Shown here: piece by piece, positions 30,296 through 40,039 of the stretch
Numbering within the stretch: position 1 is the first letter of the stretch
Layout of the letters: every line of letters begins with the position of its first letter
IMG/VR virus record: IMGVR_UViG_3300021399_000102
Span: 96,001 to 160,000 of that record
DNA length: 64,000 bases
Direction: 5' to 3' (one strand)
From: a virus
Taxonomy: Duplodnaviria; Caudoviricetes
Notes under the pieces: generated by a model
Databases searched by the model: none
The model's input: only the letters and a program-made list of their open reading frames with translations
What the model was told of the DNA's origin: nothing
Made by a program: the position numbers and the translations under genes

Positions 30296-31086
30296 TTCAC
30301 GAGTTTCCTGAGGTAACTTGCCATTGGAGAATTGCGAATCTTCTCGAACGCACTTGCCTGAAGTTGGGAGATGCGAACTTTGCTGAGGTGAAGTTCAACA
30401 GAGATGTCGGTCTGGGTCTTTCCCTTGAGAACGCCCTTCACTACCAGTATCTCCTTCTTGTTGAGAATCTTTGGAAGTTTCTTCATCATAGCCCCTACAG
30501 CATTCACCATATCCCGTTCCAACATGAGCTCGTCCTCGTTCTTGAAGTTACGACCCATGATGTAGTTCGTGTCCAAGCTGCTCTTGGAGATTACGGTTGC
30601 GATGGTGTCGTTGTCCTCTTCGCCCCCAATGGGCGCGTCTATGGAGATTACGCTCATGTTCATCTGAAACTTGTGGTTGAGGGCAGAAATCTCCTCAGCA
30701 ACAGTACCACTCTTGGCGTATGCGTTCTGATGCTGCATGATTGCCCAGCGGATTGGATTGGTAATCCAAGTGGAAATCTTGCCCTTCCTCTTGGGGTCGT
30801 ATTTCTTCAACGCCTCCACCATTCCAATCACTGCCTTCTGAAACACGTCCTCGTTCTTGTTGAACGCCATCTTGTTGACGAGCTTGAACACCAAGCCCAG
30901 GTTGTGCTTCAAGGCTTCGTTGACAAACTTGTCCTTCATTGCGTTGCTGCGCCACTTCCCGGTCTTGGTGGTGCAGGATTTCACGAATTCAGCTTCCTCT
31001 TGCGCCGTCCAAGTTGGATTGGACTTCGCAATCTCAGAATACACATCTATTACGCTTTTCACCATTTCTTGTATTTCTCCGTTCAT
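30292..31086 (-). CDS. Phage-encoded sigma-70 family RNA polymerase sigma factor
   Basis: HNLGLV, DVFQKAVIGMVEALKKYDP.R.GKISTW, SIDAPI, region-4 HTH SKVRISQLQ..A..K. Confidence 0.9.
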   Translation of the reverse strand: MNGEIQEMVKSVIDVYSEIAKSNPTWTAQEEAEFVKSCTTKTGKWRSNAMKDKFVNEALKHNLGLVFKLVNKMAFNKNEDVFQKAVIGMVEALKKYDPKRKGKISTWITNPIRWAIMQHQNAYAKSGTVAEEISALNHKFQMNMSVISIDAPIGGEEDNDTIATVISKSSLDTNYIMGRNFKNEDELMLERDMVNAVGAMMKKLPKILNKKEILVVKGVLKGKTQTDISVELHLSKVRISQLQASAFEKIRNSPMASYLRKLVK

Positions 31087-31178
31087 GTTTGAGTGTCAAG
31101 ATTGCAGCAGACTACCCACGCATCCCTTACCTTCTCCATGGCTGCGCAAGCGACTACTTCTCCTTTGACTTCGCCAAT

Positions 31179-31208
31179 AGTATATCATATCTCAGGAGCG
31201 TTTGTCAA
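31179..31208 (-). promoter_or_regulatory. Early promoter for the sigma operon
   Basis: TTGACA-N18-TATACT with shared upstream CCAAAGGGGTA motif. Confidence 0.6.
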
Positions 31209-31261
31209 TACCCCTTTGGTATTCCTATCAACGTTGTTGATACTCAATAGACCTTTGACAA

Positions 31262-31291
31262 GAAAAAGACCACATTTGCATGTGGTCTTCT
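31262..31291 (-). terminator. Rho-independent terminator
   Basis: AAGACCACA-tgcaaa-TGTGGTCTT followed by T-rich tail. Confidence 0.6.
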
Positions 31292-31466
31292 GATTTCAGA
31301 TTGGAATGTCCATTCATCAATTTTCTTCACTCTCGTCCGTTTCTTCGTCGCTTAACCCTGCATATTCCTTGTCCACTTCATCGTAATAGTCATCGTCTTC
31401 CAAGTCATCCCAATCATCCCAATTCTCGTCATCCAAATCGTCATATTGACAAGATGAACCGTTCAG

Positions 31467-31637
31467 TCAATAGGGGATGTGGATATCCACGCTATTGACC
31501 TCATCCTTCACGTCAAATACGTCTAGATCATCGCCAATAACGTCCCCATGGTTGTCAATGATTCTGACCTTTGCGGTATCCCGAAACTTCTCGTCACCAC
31601 ATTCTTGAAGCCGTTGTACCAATTCGTTGATTGTCAT
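31467..31637 (-). CDS. Small hypothetical protein (MTINELVQRL...), followed in frame by an acidic tail after one TGA
   Basis: Manual translation; ATGA overlap with the MTase. Confidence 0.55.
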   Translation of the reverse strand: MTINELVQRLQECGDEKFRDTAKVRIIDNHGDVIGDDLDVFDVKDEVNSVDIHIPY

Positions 31638-32467
31638 TGTTCTGTTCCTTCGTTTAAGCTTTCCTTCTTCCCTATTATACCAGAAGTGGAATCTGGCGTA
31701 AAGTCCTTCTGCGCTTCCTCAACCCTTTTCTTGGCGACATCAAAGTATTTCTGCTCCAACTCAATGCCAATGCCCCTTCTCCCCTCCAATACTGCTGCCA
31801 CCATCGTAGTCCCAGAACCCATGGTTGCGTCAAGTACTGTCTCCCCTTCGTTGGTGTATGTGCGTATGAGCCATCGGCAAAGATCCACGCTCTTCTCGGT
31901 TGGGTGGTTTCCAGTGCAATGCGGTCTTGGAAAGCTCAATATGGACTTCGGGAACTTCTTGCCATCGACGCCAGCCACATGTGCCGTCGGCCATCTCTCC
32001 AGAGACCCATAGCATCTGTTCGTCTTCTTGTGCTTGCCCATCCCCTGCATGTGGTTTGGCTCTCGCCCATTCAAGTCCTCAAGCTGTGGATTGTATGTCG
32101 GAAGCGAACGGTAGAACACGCAGATGTCCTCATGATATCGCAATGGCATTCTCTTCGCGTTCAGGAATCCAGACGCCCTGCACTTGTCCCATATCAGATT
32201 GTACCTCCAATATTTGGGTTGCGACATCATCAACTGGGCAGTGAACATCCCCTGTGCGAACAACACAACCGCACCATTTGGCTTCAACACCCTCCAGAAT
32301 TGCTCCCACAACGGCTCCATTGGCAGCTGGCAATCCCAGCCCCCAGCCTCGCTTGCCTTGTTCGTCACGCCATAGGGCAAGTCAGTTATGATGCAATCCA
32401 CAGAGCCATCAGGTATCGTTGGCAATGCCTTCAAGCAATCGTTGTGTATGAGGTTGATGTTAGCCAT
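31634..32467 (-). CDS. DNA methyltransferase (N4-C/N6-A, beta class)
   Basis: DLPY, HPTEK, LDATMGSGTT. Confidence 0.9.
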   Translation of the reverse strand: MANINLIHNDCLKALPTIPDGSVDCIITDLPYGVTNKASEAGGWDCQLPMEPLWEQFWRVLKPNGAVVLFAQGMFTAQLMMSQPKYWRYNLIWDKCRASGFLNAKRMPLRYHEDICVFYRSLPTYNPQLEDLNGREPNHMQGMGKHKKTNRCYGSLERWPTAHVAGVDGKKFPKSILSFPRPHCTGNHPTEKSVDLCRWLIRTYTNEGETVLDATMGSGTTMVAAVLEGRRGIGIELEQKYFDVAKKRVEEAQKDFTPDSTSGIIGKKESLNEGTEQ

Positions 32468-33209
32468 TTTCGAGCCTCTTCTTCGCCAACTCAAAATAAG
32501 TCTTCTCCTTCTCTATGCCAATGAACTTGCGCCCTGTCTTTTGGCAAGCAATTCCTGTCGTTCCACTTCCCATGAATGGGTCGAGAACAACATCGTCTTG
32601 ATATGAATAGAGTTGGATAAGTCTATATGGAAGTTCCATGGGGAACGGAGCTGGGTGTCCAATCTTCTTCGTCTCTGGCTTCATTTGCCAAACTGAATCA
32701 GTGAACTTCACGAACTCCTCCTTGGTGATCGTGGAAACGCCCTTCGTCAGACGCTTCTCTGTCTTGCCGAACACCAATATATACTCGTGTTGCGTGGGTA
32801 TTGATGGAGCAGAAGCACTCATGTACGATCCCCAAGCGGCTCGGTTGGATGTCGTTTGCTTGTCCCAGATTATGGTGGACAGTGGAATGAACCCAATCTC
32901 CTGAGCCATTCCAATGAAGTGGGCGTGTGTTGGTATCTTCCCGTTCTTGCCGTCCCCAATGTTGATGCAAAGACGTCCATCTGCCCTCAGGACGTGCATG
33001 CATGCCTTGAACACTCGCTTCATCCACGCAAGGTATTCGTGGTATTCAAGGTTGTCGTCATAGTTCTCGTAGCCATCCTTCTTGAACTTGTTGTTTCCGA
33101 GATTGACGTTGTAGGGAGGAGAAGTGATTATCAGATTCACCGGAATAGCTCCCATCGCTTTCATTGCCTTGACGCAATCTTCATTGAACAATGCCATATG
33201 ATGTTCCAT
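32460..33209 (-). CDS. DNA methyltransferase (SPPY, likely N4-C)
   Basis: TSPPY, HPAPFP, LDPFMGSGTT. Confidence 0.9.
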   Translation of the reverse strand: MEHHMALFNEDCVKAMKAMGAIPVNLIITSPPYNVNLGNNKFKKDGYENYDDNLEYHEYLAWMKRVFKACMHVLRADGRLCINIGDGKNGKIPTHAHFIGMAQEIGFIPLSTIIWDKQTTSNRAAWGSYMSASAPSIPTQHEYILVFGKTEKRLTKGVSTITKEEFVKFTDSVWQMKPETKKIGHPAPFPMELPYRLIQLYSYQDDVVLDPFMGSGTTGIACQKTGRKFIGIEKEKTYFELAKKRLENG

Positions 33210-33876
33210 CTTCTTCCAATCTCCCTTTCGCAATGTCGTAATACTTCTGGTCCCGTTCAATTCCAATGAAGTTTCTGTTGGTTTCCTTGCAAGCAACACC
33301 ACAAGAGCCAGTTCCCATGAACGGGTCGAGAACCAAGTCTCCCTCGTTGCTTGAATTTCTGATGTAGAACTTCAACAAGTCCACAGGTTTCTCGCAAGGG
33401 TGGGTCTTGTTTCCAATTATATTGTTGAATTGATGGACAGTCTTGCTTCCACCAATGTCGTTTATCCACTTCGCCTTGCCCTTCCTCAAGAACAATACAT
33501 ACTCGCAATTCTTCATGTAGTATTGGGATGGAGTGCAATTGTTCTTCTCCCACACCAAGAGGTTGTGGAGTTGGAATCCAGATTTGTCGGCTTCAACCAT
33601 CATGTCCTTTAAGTTCAAGGCGTTGGTGAAGATGTAGGCATGTGTGTCTGGCTTCAGAACCTTGAACACCAATGGCATCCAGTCGCTGATTTCAATGTCG
33701 TTCTGATGCTTGAACAGATTTCGATTTCCAGATAGCATTCCCTTTGGTCTGTTGCCAGAATCTCCACCAGATATGGTCTTGTAGGGTGGGTCAGTGACAA
33801 CTAAATCCACGTATCCCTCTGGCATCTTCGTGAGAAGTTCCAATGAGTTTCCATTCAACAACTCAATTCTTGGCAT
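33181..33876 (-). CDS. DNA methyltransferase (DPPY, likely N6-A)
   Basis: TDPPY, HPCEKP, LDPFMGTGS. Confidence 0.9.
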   Translation of the reverse strand: MPRIELLNGNSLELLTKMPEGYVDLVVTDPPYKTISGGDSGNRPKGMLSGNRNLFKHQNDIEISDWMPLVFKVLKPDTHAYIFTNALNLKDMMVEADKSGFQLHNLLVWEKNNCTPSQYYMKNCEYVLFLRKGKAKWINDIGGSKTVHQFNNIIGNKTHPCEKPVDLLKFYIRNSSNEGDLVLDPFMGTGSCGVACKETNRNFIGIERDQKYYDIAKGRLEEDGTSYGIVQ

Positions 33877-34109
33877 CAGAACTCCTTTCTCACTATGACT
33901 ATGTACAATTCATCTTCTTTAATATACCAGTTGTTCAACTCATAGTCGAACAACTCGCATTTGTCGAACAGAAAGCCAATGGCGAAATCCTTGTCAGCAC
34001 AAGTTCCATATTCCCTTTCCATTTTGGCATTGAATGCGTCTATCCTGATGGGCTGGCCATAATGACCATGCGTTGGGAAAGACAAGATGGTTTCCATAAG
34101 TTCAATCAT
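33876..34109 (-). CDS. Hypothetical protein
   Basis: AAGGAG SD; TGATG coupling. Confidence 0.55.
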   Translation of the reverse strand: MIELMETILSFPTHGHYGQPIRIDAFNAKMEREYGTCADKDFAIGFLFDKCELFDYELNNWYIKEDELYIVIVRKEF

Positions 34110-35089
34110 CAGAACTCCTTTTCAATCTCGTCAAGGTCTGCAAGCCACATGTCCTCAATATATGGAGATATGAATTCCATTTTCATCACGGCCATTTATC
34201 TCCACTGAATCAGATGCAAAAAATCCACGTTCCTCATGATTTTCATTTACAATGTCATTCAAGTCTATTGTTTCAACCTTTTCAATCGGTTTCAGCTTTG
34301 ACCTTAACTTTTCTGTCAATGCATAGACAATCAAATCATTTGATTTTCGTAAATCAGTAAGTTTAAGTCGTGTGGAGTTAAGACTATTTGTCTGTAGAAC
34401 AACAATGTGTTCATATTCCATCTCTTTCAATTTGGTCAGGATTTCAGAAAGATCGGCCTTTAAGATCTTGATTATCATTGGAACACCAAGCTCGGTTTTG
34501 TCTATCTGAAGGAGCATTTCTTTGCCATATGCATCTTTTACTGTCGGTGAGTCAACACTTGTTTCAGAATCACCTTCAAATGTCTTTGTTATTCTGAATC
34601 CATATTGTGTGAAGTCTTTTGCGCGTTTCATAAACCAATCTCCATGTGGGTCATAATTTTCCTTGAATAGATGTTCAGGGTGTTCTATACATTCTTGGAC
34701 ATGTATCATTTCATGGATAATAGATTCAATCCATTCATGTAGTGTAAGCATAGTTGAGGAATTCAACTCAATTCCGTCAACGTCAACAATTTCATCGCCA
34801 TAAATGGTTATATTTGTCTTCCCAATATGGTGTTTCTTTGGAGATTTCTCCATTGTAAATGTCAAATTTTTCGGCAGGGAATTTTCAAAGAACCTCTCGT
34901 TTAATTTCAGATATGCAACTTCAAGAAATTTCTCGGTAGGTGTATATTTCTTTTCGGATAAATCTCCATCAATGACCTTCATTACTATAGCATCATCTTC
35001 TGGGGTGTATTCTTCAGATACTATTCGTTTCCACTTCATGTTCAAAACTCCTTTTCAATCTCGTCGAGATCTGCAAGCCACATGTCCTC
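34109..35089. repeat. 48-bp direct repeat (34109-34156 and 35042-35089) of the topoisomerase 3' end flanking the SprT-like gene
   Basis: 45/48 identical; both copies encode EDMWLADLDEIEKEF-stop. Confidence 0.85.
34155..35045 (-). CDS. SprT-like zinc metalloprotease
   Basis: Y.KLN..FF...LP, IIHEMIH, PHGDWF; visibly AT-richer than its neighbours. Confidence 0.75.
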   Translation of the reverse strand: MNMKWKRIVSEEYTPEDDAIVMKVIDGDLSEKKYTPTEKFLEVAYLKLNERFFENSLPKNLTFTMEKSPKKHHIGKTNITIYGDEIVDVDGIELNSSTMLTLHEWIESIIHEMIHVQECIEHPEHLFKENYDPHGDWFMKRAKDFTQYGFRITKTFEGDSETSVDSPTVKDAYGKEMLLQIDKTELGVPMIIKILKADLSEILTKLKEMEYEHIVVLQTNSLNSTRLKLTDLRKSNDLIVYALTEKLRSKLKPIEKVETIDLNDIVNENHEERGFFASDSVEINGRDENGIHISIY

Positions 35090-36427
35090 TATGCTTTCCT
35101 TCTGGGTGGTCTTGATAAGTTCCTTAAGGTTCTTGATTTTCTCGGTCAATTCTGCCATCTTCTCCTTTGTGATTGAGGACATTGGCATGTTCAAGAGGTA
35201 GTTGTAGGAACCATCCTTCTGGATAATCTTGTCGGTCTTCTCCAACTGCTTGACGATATCTTCCTTCTTCTTGTTCTTGATGTGGATGGTTTCGTCAATA
35301 ACGCCCTTGCACCAGACATATTTGGACATGTCAAGCTGGATTTCCTCAAGGTATTTCTTCAAGAGGTAGTCCTTGCGCTTCTGATAGAAGTCAAGGCGAA
35401 TCTTGATGAACGCATCCAGAATCTCCTTGATGTTGTTGAACTCCTTGATTCGGTTGTTCTCGTCGATGCAATTCAACTGCTCGTTCAATGGCTTTGCCAG
35501 ATTGAAAGCCTTTACCAAAGAATCCATGTCCTTGTGGGAGTCGAAGAACACGCGCTTGACCTTGATTGTGAACTCAAACTTGTCAGCCTTTGGATCAGAC
35601 AAGTCGTCATAGTCCTCAATGTTTCCCTTCTCCACCAGACCATCCAAGAACTTGACATAGGAGGCGTATGTGGTGGTGATTGGGATTTCAGTGATGTGCA
35701 GGGTGTTGGAATTGACCTTCTCAATCACACCATAGTTCAGAATCTTCGTGGTCGTCTTTCCATCTGCGTCCTTCTCCTTGACGAGCTTTGTCTCGCCCAA
35801 GAAGCCCTTGAACCAAGGCAATGCGTTCTCAATGTGCGGAACCTTGTCGGTCTTGTTGAGGATGGCGCGAATGTACTTGAGAATCTCCTTTGGGTTTCTC
35901 GGATATATCTTCTGGGAATAGCCAGTTGAGATGCCATCAGAGCCATTGAGGAACAACGTCGGGAATACTGGCACGTAGTATGCTGGCTCAATTTCGTTGC
36001 CCTCGAACATCTGCCCCTTGCAAAGTGGTCTGTCCTTGTCGTAGAGCTTGCTCACCAAAGGAGAGATTGAGACGAAGGTGTATCTTGAAGCAGCAGGATC
36101 TGGCGAATACCTCGTGCCAAAGTTGCCGTGTCCGACAATCAATGGGTAGTTGTTTCCACCAACGAAAGATTGAGCCAACGTGCAAATTGCGCCATCCAAG
36201 TTGGTCTCGCCGTGGAGATACATGGACTTCAAGGAGACCGTAGCAGACATTTGGCTGGTCTTTGTCCTTGTGTTGGGGTTTCCAAAGTTCTCCAACATCG
36301 TCCAAATGATCTTGCGGTGCGCGTTCTTGAACCCATCAATGTAGGACGAGCATTTGCGGATGAGGTCGTAGGAGGCGTATGAAGGAACCTCCTCCTTGTA
36401 GAAATCTGTTATGTTCTTCTCGTTCAT
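35042..36427 (-). CDS. DNA topoisomerase II, GyrA/ParC-like subunit (T4 gp52-like)
   Basis: DGFKNAHRK, YLHGE, GNFG, AASRY catalytic Tyr, NGSDGISTG. Confidence 0.95.
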   Translation of the reverse strand: MNEKNITDFYKEEVPSYASYDLIRKCSSYIDGFKNAHRKIIWTMLENFGNPNTRTKTSQMSATVSLKSMYLHGETNLDGAICTLAQSFVGGNNYPLIVGHGNFGTRYSPDPAASRYTFVSISPLVSKLYDKDRPLCKGQMFEGNEIEPAYYVPVFPTLFLNGSDGISTGYSQKIYPRNPKEILKYIRAILNKTDKVPHIENALPWFKGFLGETKLVKEKDADGKTTTKILNYGVIEKVNSNTLHITEIPITTTYASYVKFLDGLVEKGNIEDYDDLSDPKADKFEFTIKVKRVFFDSHKDMDSLVKAFNLAKPLNEQLNCIDENNRIKEFNNIKEILDAFIKIRLDFYQKRKDYLLKKYLEEIQLDMSKYVWCKGVIDETIHIKNKKKEDIVKQLEKTDKIIQKDGSYNYLLNMPMSSITKEKMAELTEKIKNLKELIKTTQKESIEDMWLADLDEIEKEF

Positions 36428-36440
36428 TTTGCCAATCTCC

Positions 36441-38375
36441 TTATACCATGTCGATGTCGAAGGTGTAGTCCGAAATCAACTTCTTGCGCTCGTCAGATTT
36501 GTCTCCATTGAGCCAGTTGTCTATGTACGCCTGACCTTCCTCGTCCAACTTGAACGTCTGAATGAACTGCTCAACTCCACCATTCTCCTTGAAGAGCTTG
36601 ATGAACATTTCCTTCGGAAACGAACCCAATCCCTTGTAGTACTGAATCGCATACTTGGACATGTCGTTGCTTGACTCGAACTCCTTGAACTCAGAAAGGT
36701 CGAAGAACATCTTGTGAACCTTCGTCATTCCCTTGTCCTTGAACACGATTGCAAGAGGTGTCCTCAATCTACAAACCATTCCCTTGTCGAACATCCACGG
36801 CGCGAACTTCATGAACCAACCGAGGTAGATGGATGAAATGTGGATTCCATCGGCATCTGCATCGGACGTAATCACGAACTTCTTGAAGTTTAGGTTCTGC
36901 TCCTTTGGGTTGGTGATGTCCAACCCCAATATCGTGATGATGTCGCTGAACTCTTGGTTCTTCAACAACTGAGCCGAAGTCGCGTCATAGGCGTTTATGC
37001 CAACTCCACGGGACGCATAGTAGCCAAATCCTTCACGCCCTACTGCTGCAGACACGCCACCACGCGCAGACAATCCCTCGCACACCATCAAGTAGTTGTT
37101 GCTCCCGATTGGGCGAATGTACTTGTCCACAGAAATCTTCACCTTGGACTTGCCAGCTTGCTTTAGAGCAACCCTTTCCTTGACCTCCTCCTTGAGCTTG
37201 AATGTCTCAACGATTGGGTCGAGGATGTATTCGTTCTTGAGGATGTTCTTCGCCAACTTCTCCCAATCAACAGACTCGCCAAAGTATTTGGTTATCTCGG
37301 ATGGAAGGTTTGTCAATGTCTCCTTGGTTTGGGAGTCGAACTTGAGGTTGGGAAAGTCCCGAAGGAACACAACCATGGACAACTTGTTCTTGACGTCAGC
37401 AGGCTTGATGTTTTTGAACTTCTTGACCAGCTTCTCCCTCACTGGCGTGACGAGCTTATCAACGATGTAGTCGATGTGGTTTCCACCTCTGTTCAAAGCC
37501 AAGCCATCAACATAGGTGAAGAAGTTGAATTCGTCTGTCTCGTTTGGATAGACCCCAATGAACCCACGGTCGAACACCTGGAAGGTTATGTGCTCAGAGA
37601 AGAGATTGAGGAAGGTCTTGTCATTGACATTCACCTGCTTGCCGTTGAGCGAGAACTTGATTCCAGGGAAGGTGATGCCAAGGCAAATCAACCTCTGACG
37701 CATCAACTCCACATATACTGGGTCAATCTTCTCCATCCCAAACCTCTTGAAGTCTGGAACGAACTTGATTCTGACCCCACGCTCCTTGGATTCAGAAACT
37801 TCGGTTTCAACTGTCTCCAAGTTGTTCTTCGCAACCACCTTGCAAAGTTTCTTGCCATCGTCAGAGATGCCAACGAACTTCTTGGAGAAGATTGAGGTGC
37901 ATTTGGAGCCGAGACCATGGGAACCGACCGTAGTCTTGTCGTCACTGTCCTTGAAGTTGGAGCCAGAGAACAGGCGCGTCCATGCAATCTCGGGCAAATA
38001 GGTCTCGGAAATCTTCTTCTTCTCCTCGTCCGACATTCTGGAGTCAGTGATGTCCTTTATGTCCTTGCGAATCACTGGGATGCCAGGGCCGTTGTCCTCA
38101 ATGTACACCCACCCCTCGTCAATGACAACCTTCACCTTGCCCTTCGCCCCTTGATACTTCACGAGCGAGTCCACGGAGTTGTCGAGGATTTCGTCGATAA
38201 TCTTTCTGAAAGCAGGGATGTAGGAAACTTCCTTGTATTCCACGCCCTCCTTGTCAATCATGAACAGCTTTTGCGTCAGAGGCTGCATGCTTCCGAGCCA
38301 CATACCACTGCGCTTTAGGATTTGCTGAACCCCACTAATAGCCTCAAAGTCTTCTACTTGTTTGTTTGTCTTCAT
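36441..38375 (-). CDS. DNA topoisomerase II, GyrB-like subunit (T4 gp39+gp60-like)
   Basis: EILDNSVD, DNGPGIP, GSHGLGSK, EGLSA, DADADGIHI, YYKGLGS. Confidence 0.95.
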   Translation of the reverse strand: MKTNKQVEDFEAISGVQQILKRSGMWLGSMQPLTQKLFMIDKEGVEYKEVSYIPAFRKIIDEILDNSVDSLVKYQGAKGKVKVVIDEGWVYIEDNGPGIPVIRKDIKDITDSRMSDEEKKKISETYLPEIAWTRLFSGSNFKDSDDKTTVGSHGLGSKCTSIFSKKFVGISDDGKKLCKVVAKNNLETVETEVSESKERGVRIKFVPDFKRFGMEKIDPVYVELMRQRLICLGITFPGIKFSLNGKQVNVNDKTFLNLFSEHITFQVFDRGFIGVYPNETDEFNFFTYVDGLALNRGGNHIDYIVDKLVTPVREKLVKKFKNIKPADVKNKLSMVVFLRDFPNLKFDSQTKETLTNLPSEITKYFGESVDWEKLAKNILKNEYILDPIVETFKLKEEVKERVALKQAGKSKVKISVDKYIRPIGSNNYLMVCEGLSARGGVSAAVGREGFGYYASRGVGINAYDATSAQLLKNQEFSDIITILGLDITNPKEQNLNFKKFVITSDADADGIHISSIYLGWFMKFAPWMFDKGMVCRLRTPLAIVFKDKGMTKVHKMFFDLSEFKEFESSNDMSKYAIQYYKGLGSFPKEMFIKLFKENGGVEQFIQTFKLDEEGQAYIDNWLNGDKSDERKKLISDYTFDIDMV

Positions 38376-38432
38376 GTTGTATCACATTATACTTGATTTT
38401 GCGTATGTTGAATTATTTACGCGATTCAGATG

Positions 38433-38795
38433 TCAAAAGACACATTCAACAACCCTGTTCAACGTCCCATTCTCGTTCACACCCATCAAATCCTCAAGCT
38501 GATGTTGCCTTGTTCCAATCTCTTTCCCATCCAAAATGTCCTGCCCAACTCCCTCAATCTGAAGATACACCTCCCCATCAAGCCATGACTCATCGCAGTC
38601 AATGGTCAGAAGAGCCTCAATGACCTTGTTCACGAAGTTGTCCCAAGTGCCAAACTTCTCCTTCACCTCGTCCCACTGCGATTCATGCTCCCCAAACTGG
38701 TCTTGCAAAGCAAGCTCCACCTCTGGACGGATGTCCTTTGGCGTTGTGAATACAGTGTCCTCAGTTGTTTGGTTGAGTATTTCGTAGATCGTCAT
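38433..38795 (-). CDS. Acidic hypothetical protein
   Basis: ORF track. Confidence 0.55.
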   Translation of the reverse strand: MTIYEILNQTTEDTVFTTPKDIRPEVELALQDQFGEHESQWDEVKEKFGTWDNFVNKVIEALLTIDCDESWLDGEVYLQIEGVGQDILDGKEIGTRQHQLEDLMGVNENGTLNRVVECVF

Positions 38796-38828
38796 TTTCT
38801 GTTCCCTTCTTCGTATATTATACCACTT

Positions 38829-39200
38829 TTAGTTGTATGCGTTCAACATGTCTTCCATCAAGTCGGCGTCAATATTGGTCTGCCCATCGTCAGATTCCGT
38901 GATGAATATGCGTCCATCCTTGTCAACGAACATTACCTTGTGGGTAAGAGAGACATCGAACATGAACTCCAGAAATTCCTCCTTGTCCCTCTCGTTGTAG
39001 TCTGTGAATCCCACTATCTTGACATAATGTGGATGACCATTCTTGAACTTGATATCATATACCCTGAGGACAGACTTCTGCCAATTCCATTGGGACATTA
39101 TGCTCATCATGACTACTGTTGGCATTCCGTTGTTGATTTCCAAGTAATGGATATCTGACTGAGTGATGGTGTTCCAGGATATGTCATTCAGACTCAACAT
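38829..39200 (-). CDS. Paralog-array member 1
   Basis: MFDVSLTH...ESDDGQTNIDADLME. Confidence 0.75.
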   Translation of the reverse strand: MLSLNDISWNTITQSDIHYLEINNGMPTVVMMSIMSQWNWQKSVLRVYDIKFKNGHPHYVKIVGFTDYNERDKEEFLEFMFDVSLTHKVMFVDKDGRIFITESDDGQTNIDADLMEDMLNAYN

Positions 39201-39600
39201 TGTTCAATTTCCTTATTATCGCTTCCACCACATCTGCATCTATGTTGGTCGTGTTGTGTGCTGTCTTCGCCAACGCTATCTCGTTGAAGCCAATTATGTT
39301 CGTGTCAATCCATAGGATGGCGTATGAGAGGGATATGTCCATCAATTCAGAAATCAGTTTGTCCAAGTCGTTTGGCATGAAATACACAACCTCTTGCTTG
39401 CAGAATCTTCCATCCACATAACGTATGTTCTTCAGCCTCAGAATCTTGCCTTGCTTGCCAGTGGAGCGCAATCTGGATATTTGGTTCAATATCTCGTCCT
39501 TCTGGATGAAAGACGCATGTTGAACCCTATTGCATTCAGAATTTGTCAAGCTGAACATTATCGTTCCACCATTGTTTACGCTTGTCTCGTCAAATATCAT
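39184..39600 (-). CDS. Paralog-array member 2
   Basis: LMDISLSY...HNTTNIDADVVE. Confidence 0.75.
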   Translation of the reverse strand: MIFDETSVNNGGTIMFSLTNSECNRVQHASFIQKDEILNQISRLRSTGKQGKILRLKNIRYVDGRFCKQEVVYFMPNDLDKLISELMDISLSYAILWIDTNIIGFNEIALAKTAHNTTNIDADVVEAIIRKLNNVESE

Positions 39601-40039
39601 GTGGCTTCCTTGCTTCGTTGGCTTCTTCCACAACCTTAACCAACGCGGAAATAACCTCTTCGTCTATGTTGGTCGTGTTGTCTCCGGATTTCTCCAAGTA
39701 TATGCCAGTGAGGGTGTCAGTTGAGACATATCTTATGGTATATCCCTCTATGGACGCCTGAAAGAGGTATCCAACCAAGGCATCCAAGTCCTTGAAGTTG
39801 TACATATCAAAGGAAATCTGGTCGCGGAACACAGTGTCATTCCTTTTCCAAGGAACATCCTCATCCCAGAAAATCTTGTTTACCTTGATGTTGAACGAAT
39901 CGAAGTCCCATTTCTCTATCATGGTGGACAACACCATGTCCTTGGTAAACCACTTCTGGTCTTTTACCCAAGATAGACCGCCGTGGAGAAGCATAACCTT
40001 CTCCCCCTCGTACATTTCCCTGTCAAGATATTTGTGCAT
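39590..40039 (-). CDS. Paralog-array member 3
   Basis: LFQASIEG...SGDNTTNIDEEVIS. Confidence 0.7.
   Translation of the reverse strand: MHKYLDREMYEGEKVMLLHGGLSWVKDQKWFTKDMVLSTMIEKWDFDSFNIKVNKIFWDEDVPWKRNDTVFRDQISFDMYNFKDLDALVGYLFQASIEGYTIRYVSTDTLTGIYLEKSGDNTTNIDEEVISALVKVVEEANEARKPHDI

Noticed and set aside
31317-31469. Genome-wide TGA recoding, or a CRISPR-like repeat in the GAT-rich tract
   Set aside because: TGA terminates many genes with ATGA overlaps; the tract is low-complexity acidic coding sequence without spacers.
1393-38318. Many long plus-strand ORFs (e.g. 1393-2175, 5725-6543, 19546-20475, 30364-31092, 35282-35929)
   Set aside because: Antisense shadows of motif-bearing minus-strand genes; no recognisable motifs or SD sites.
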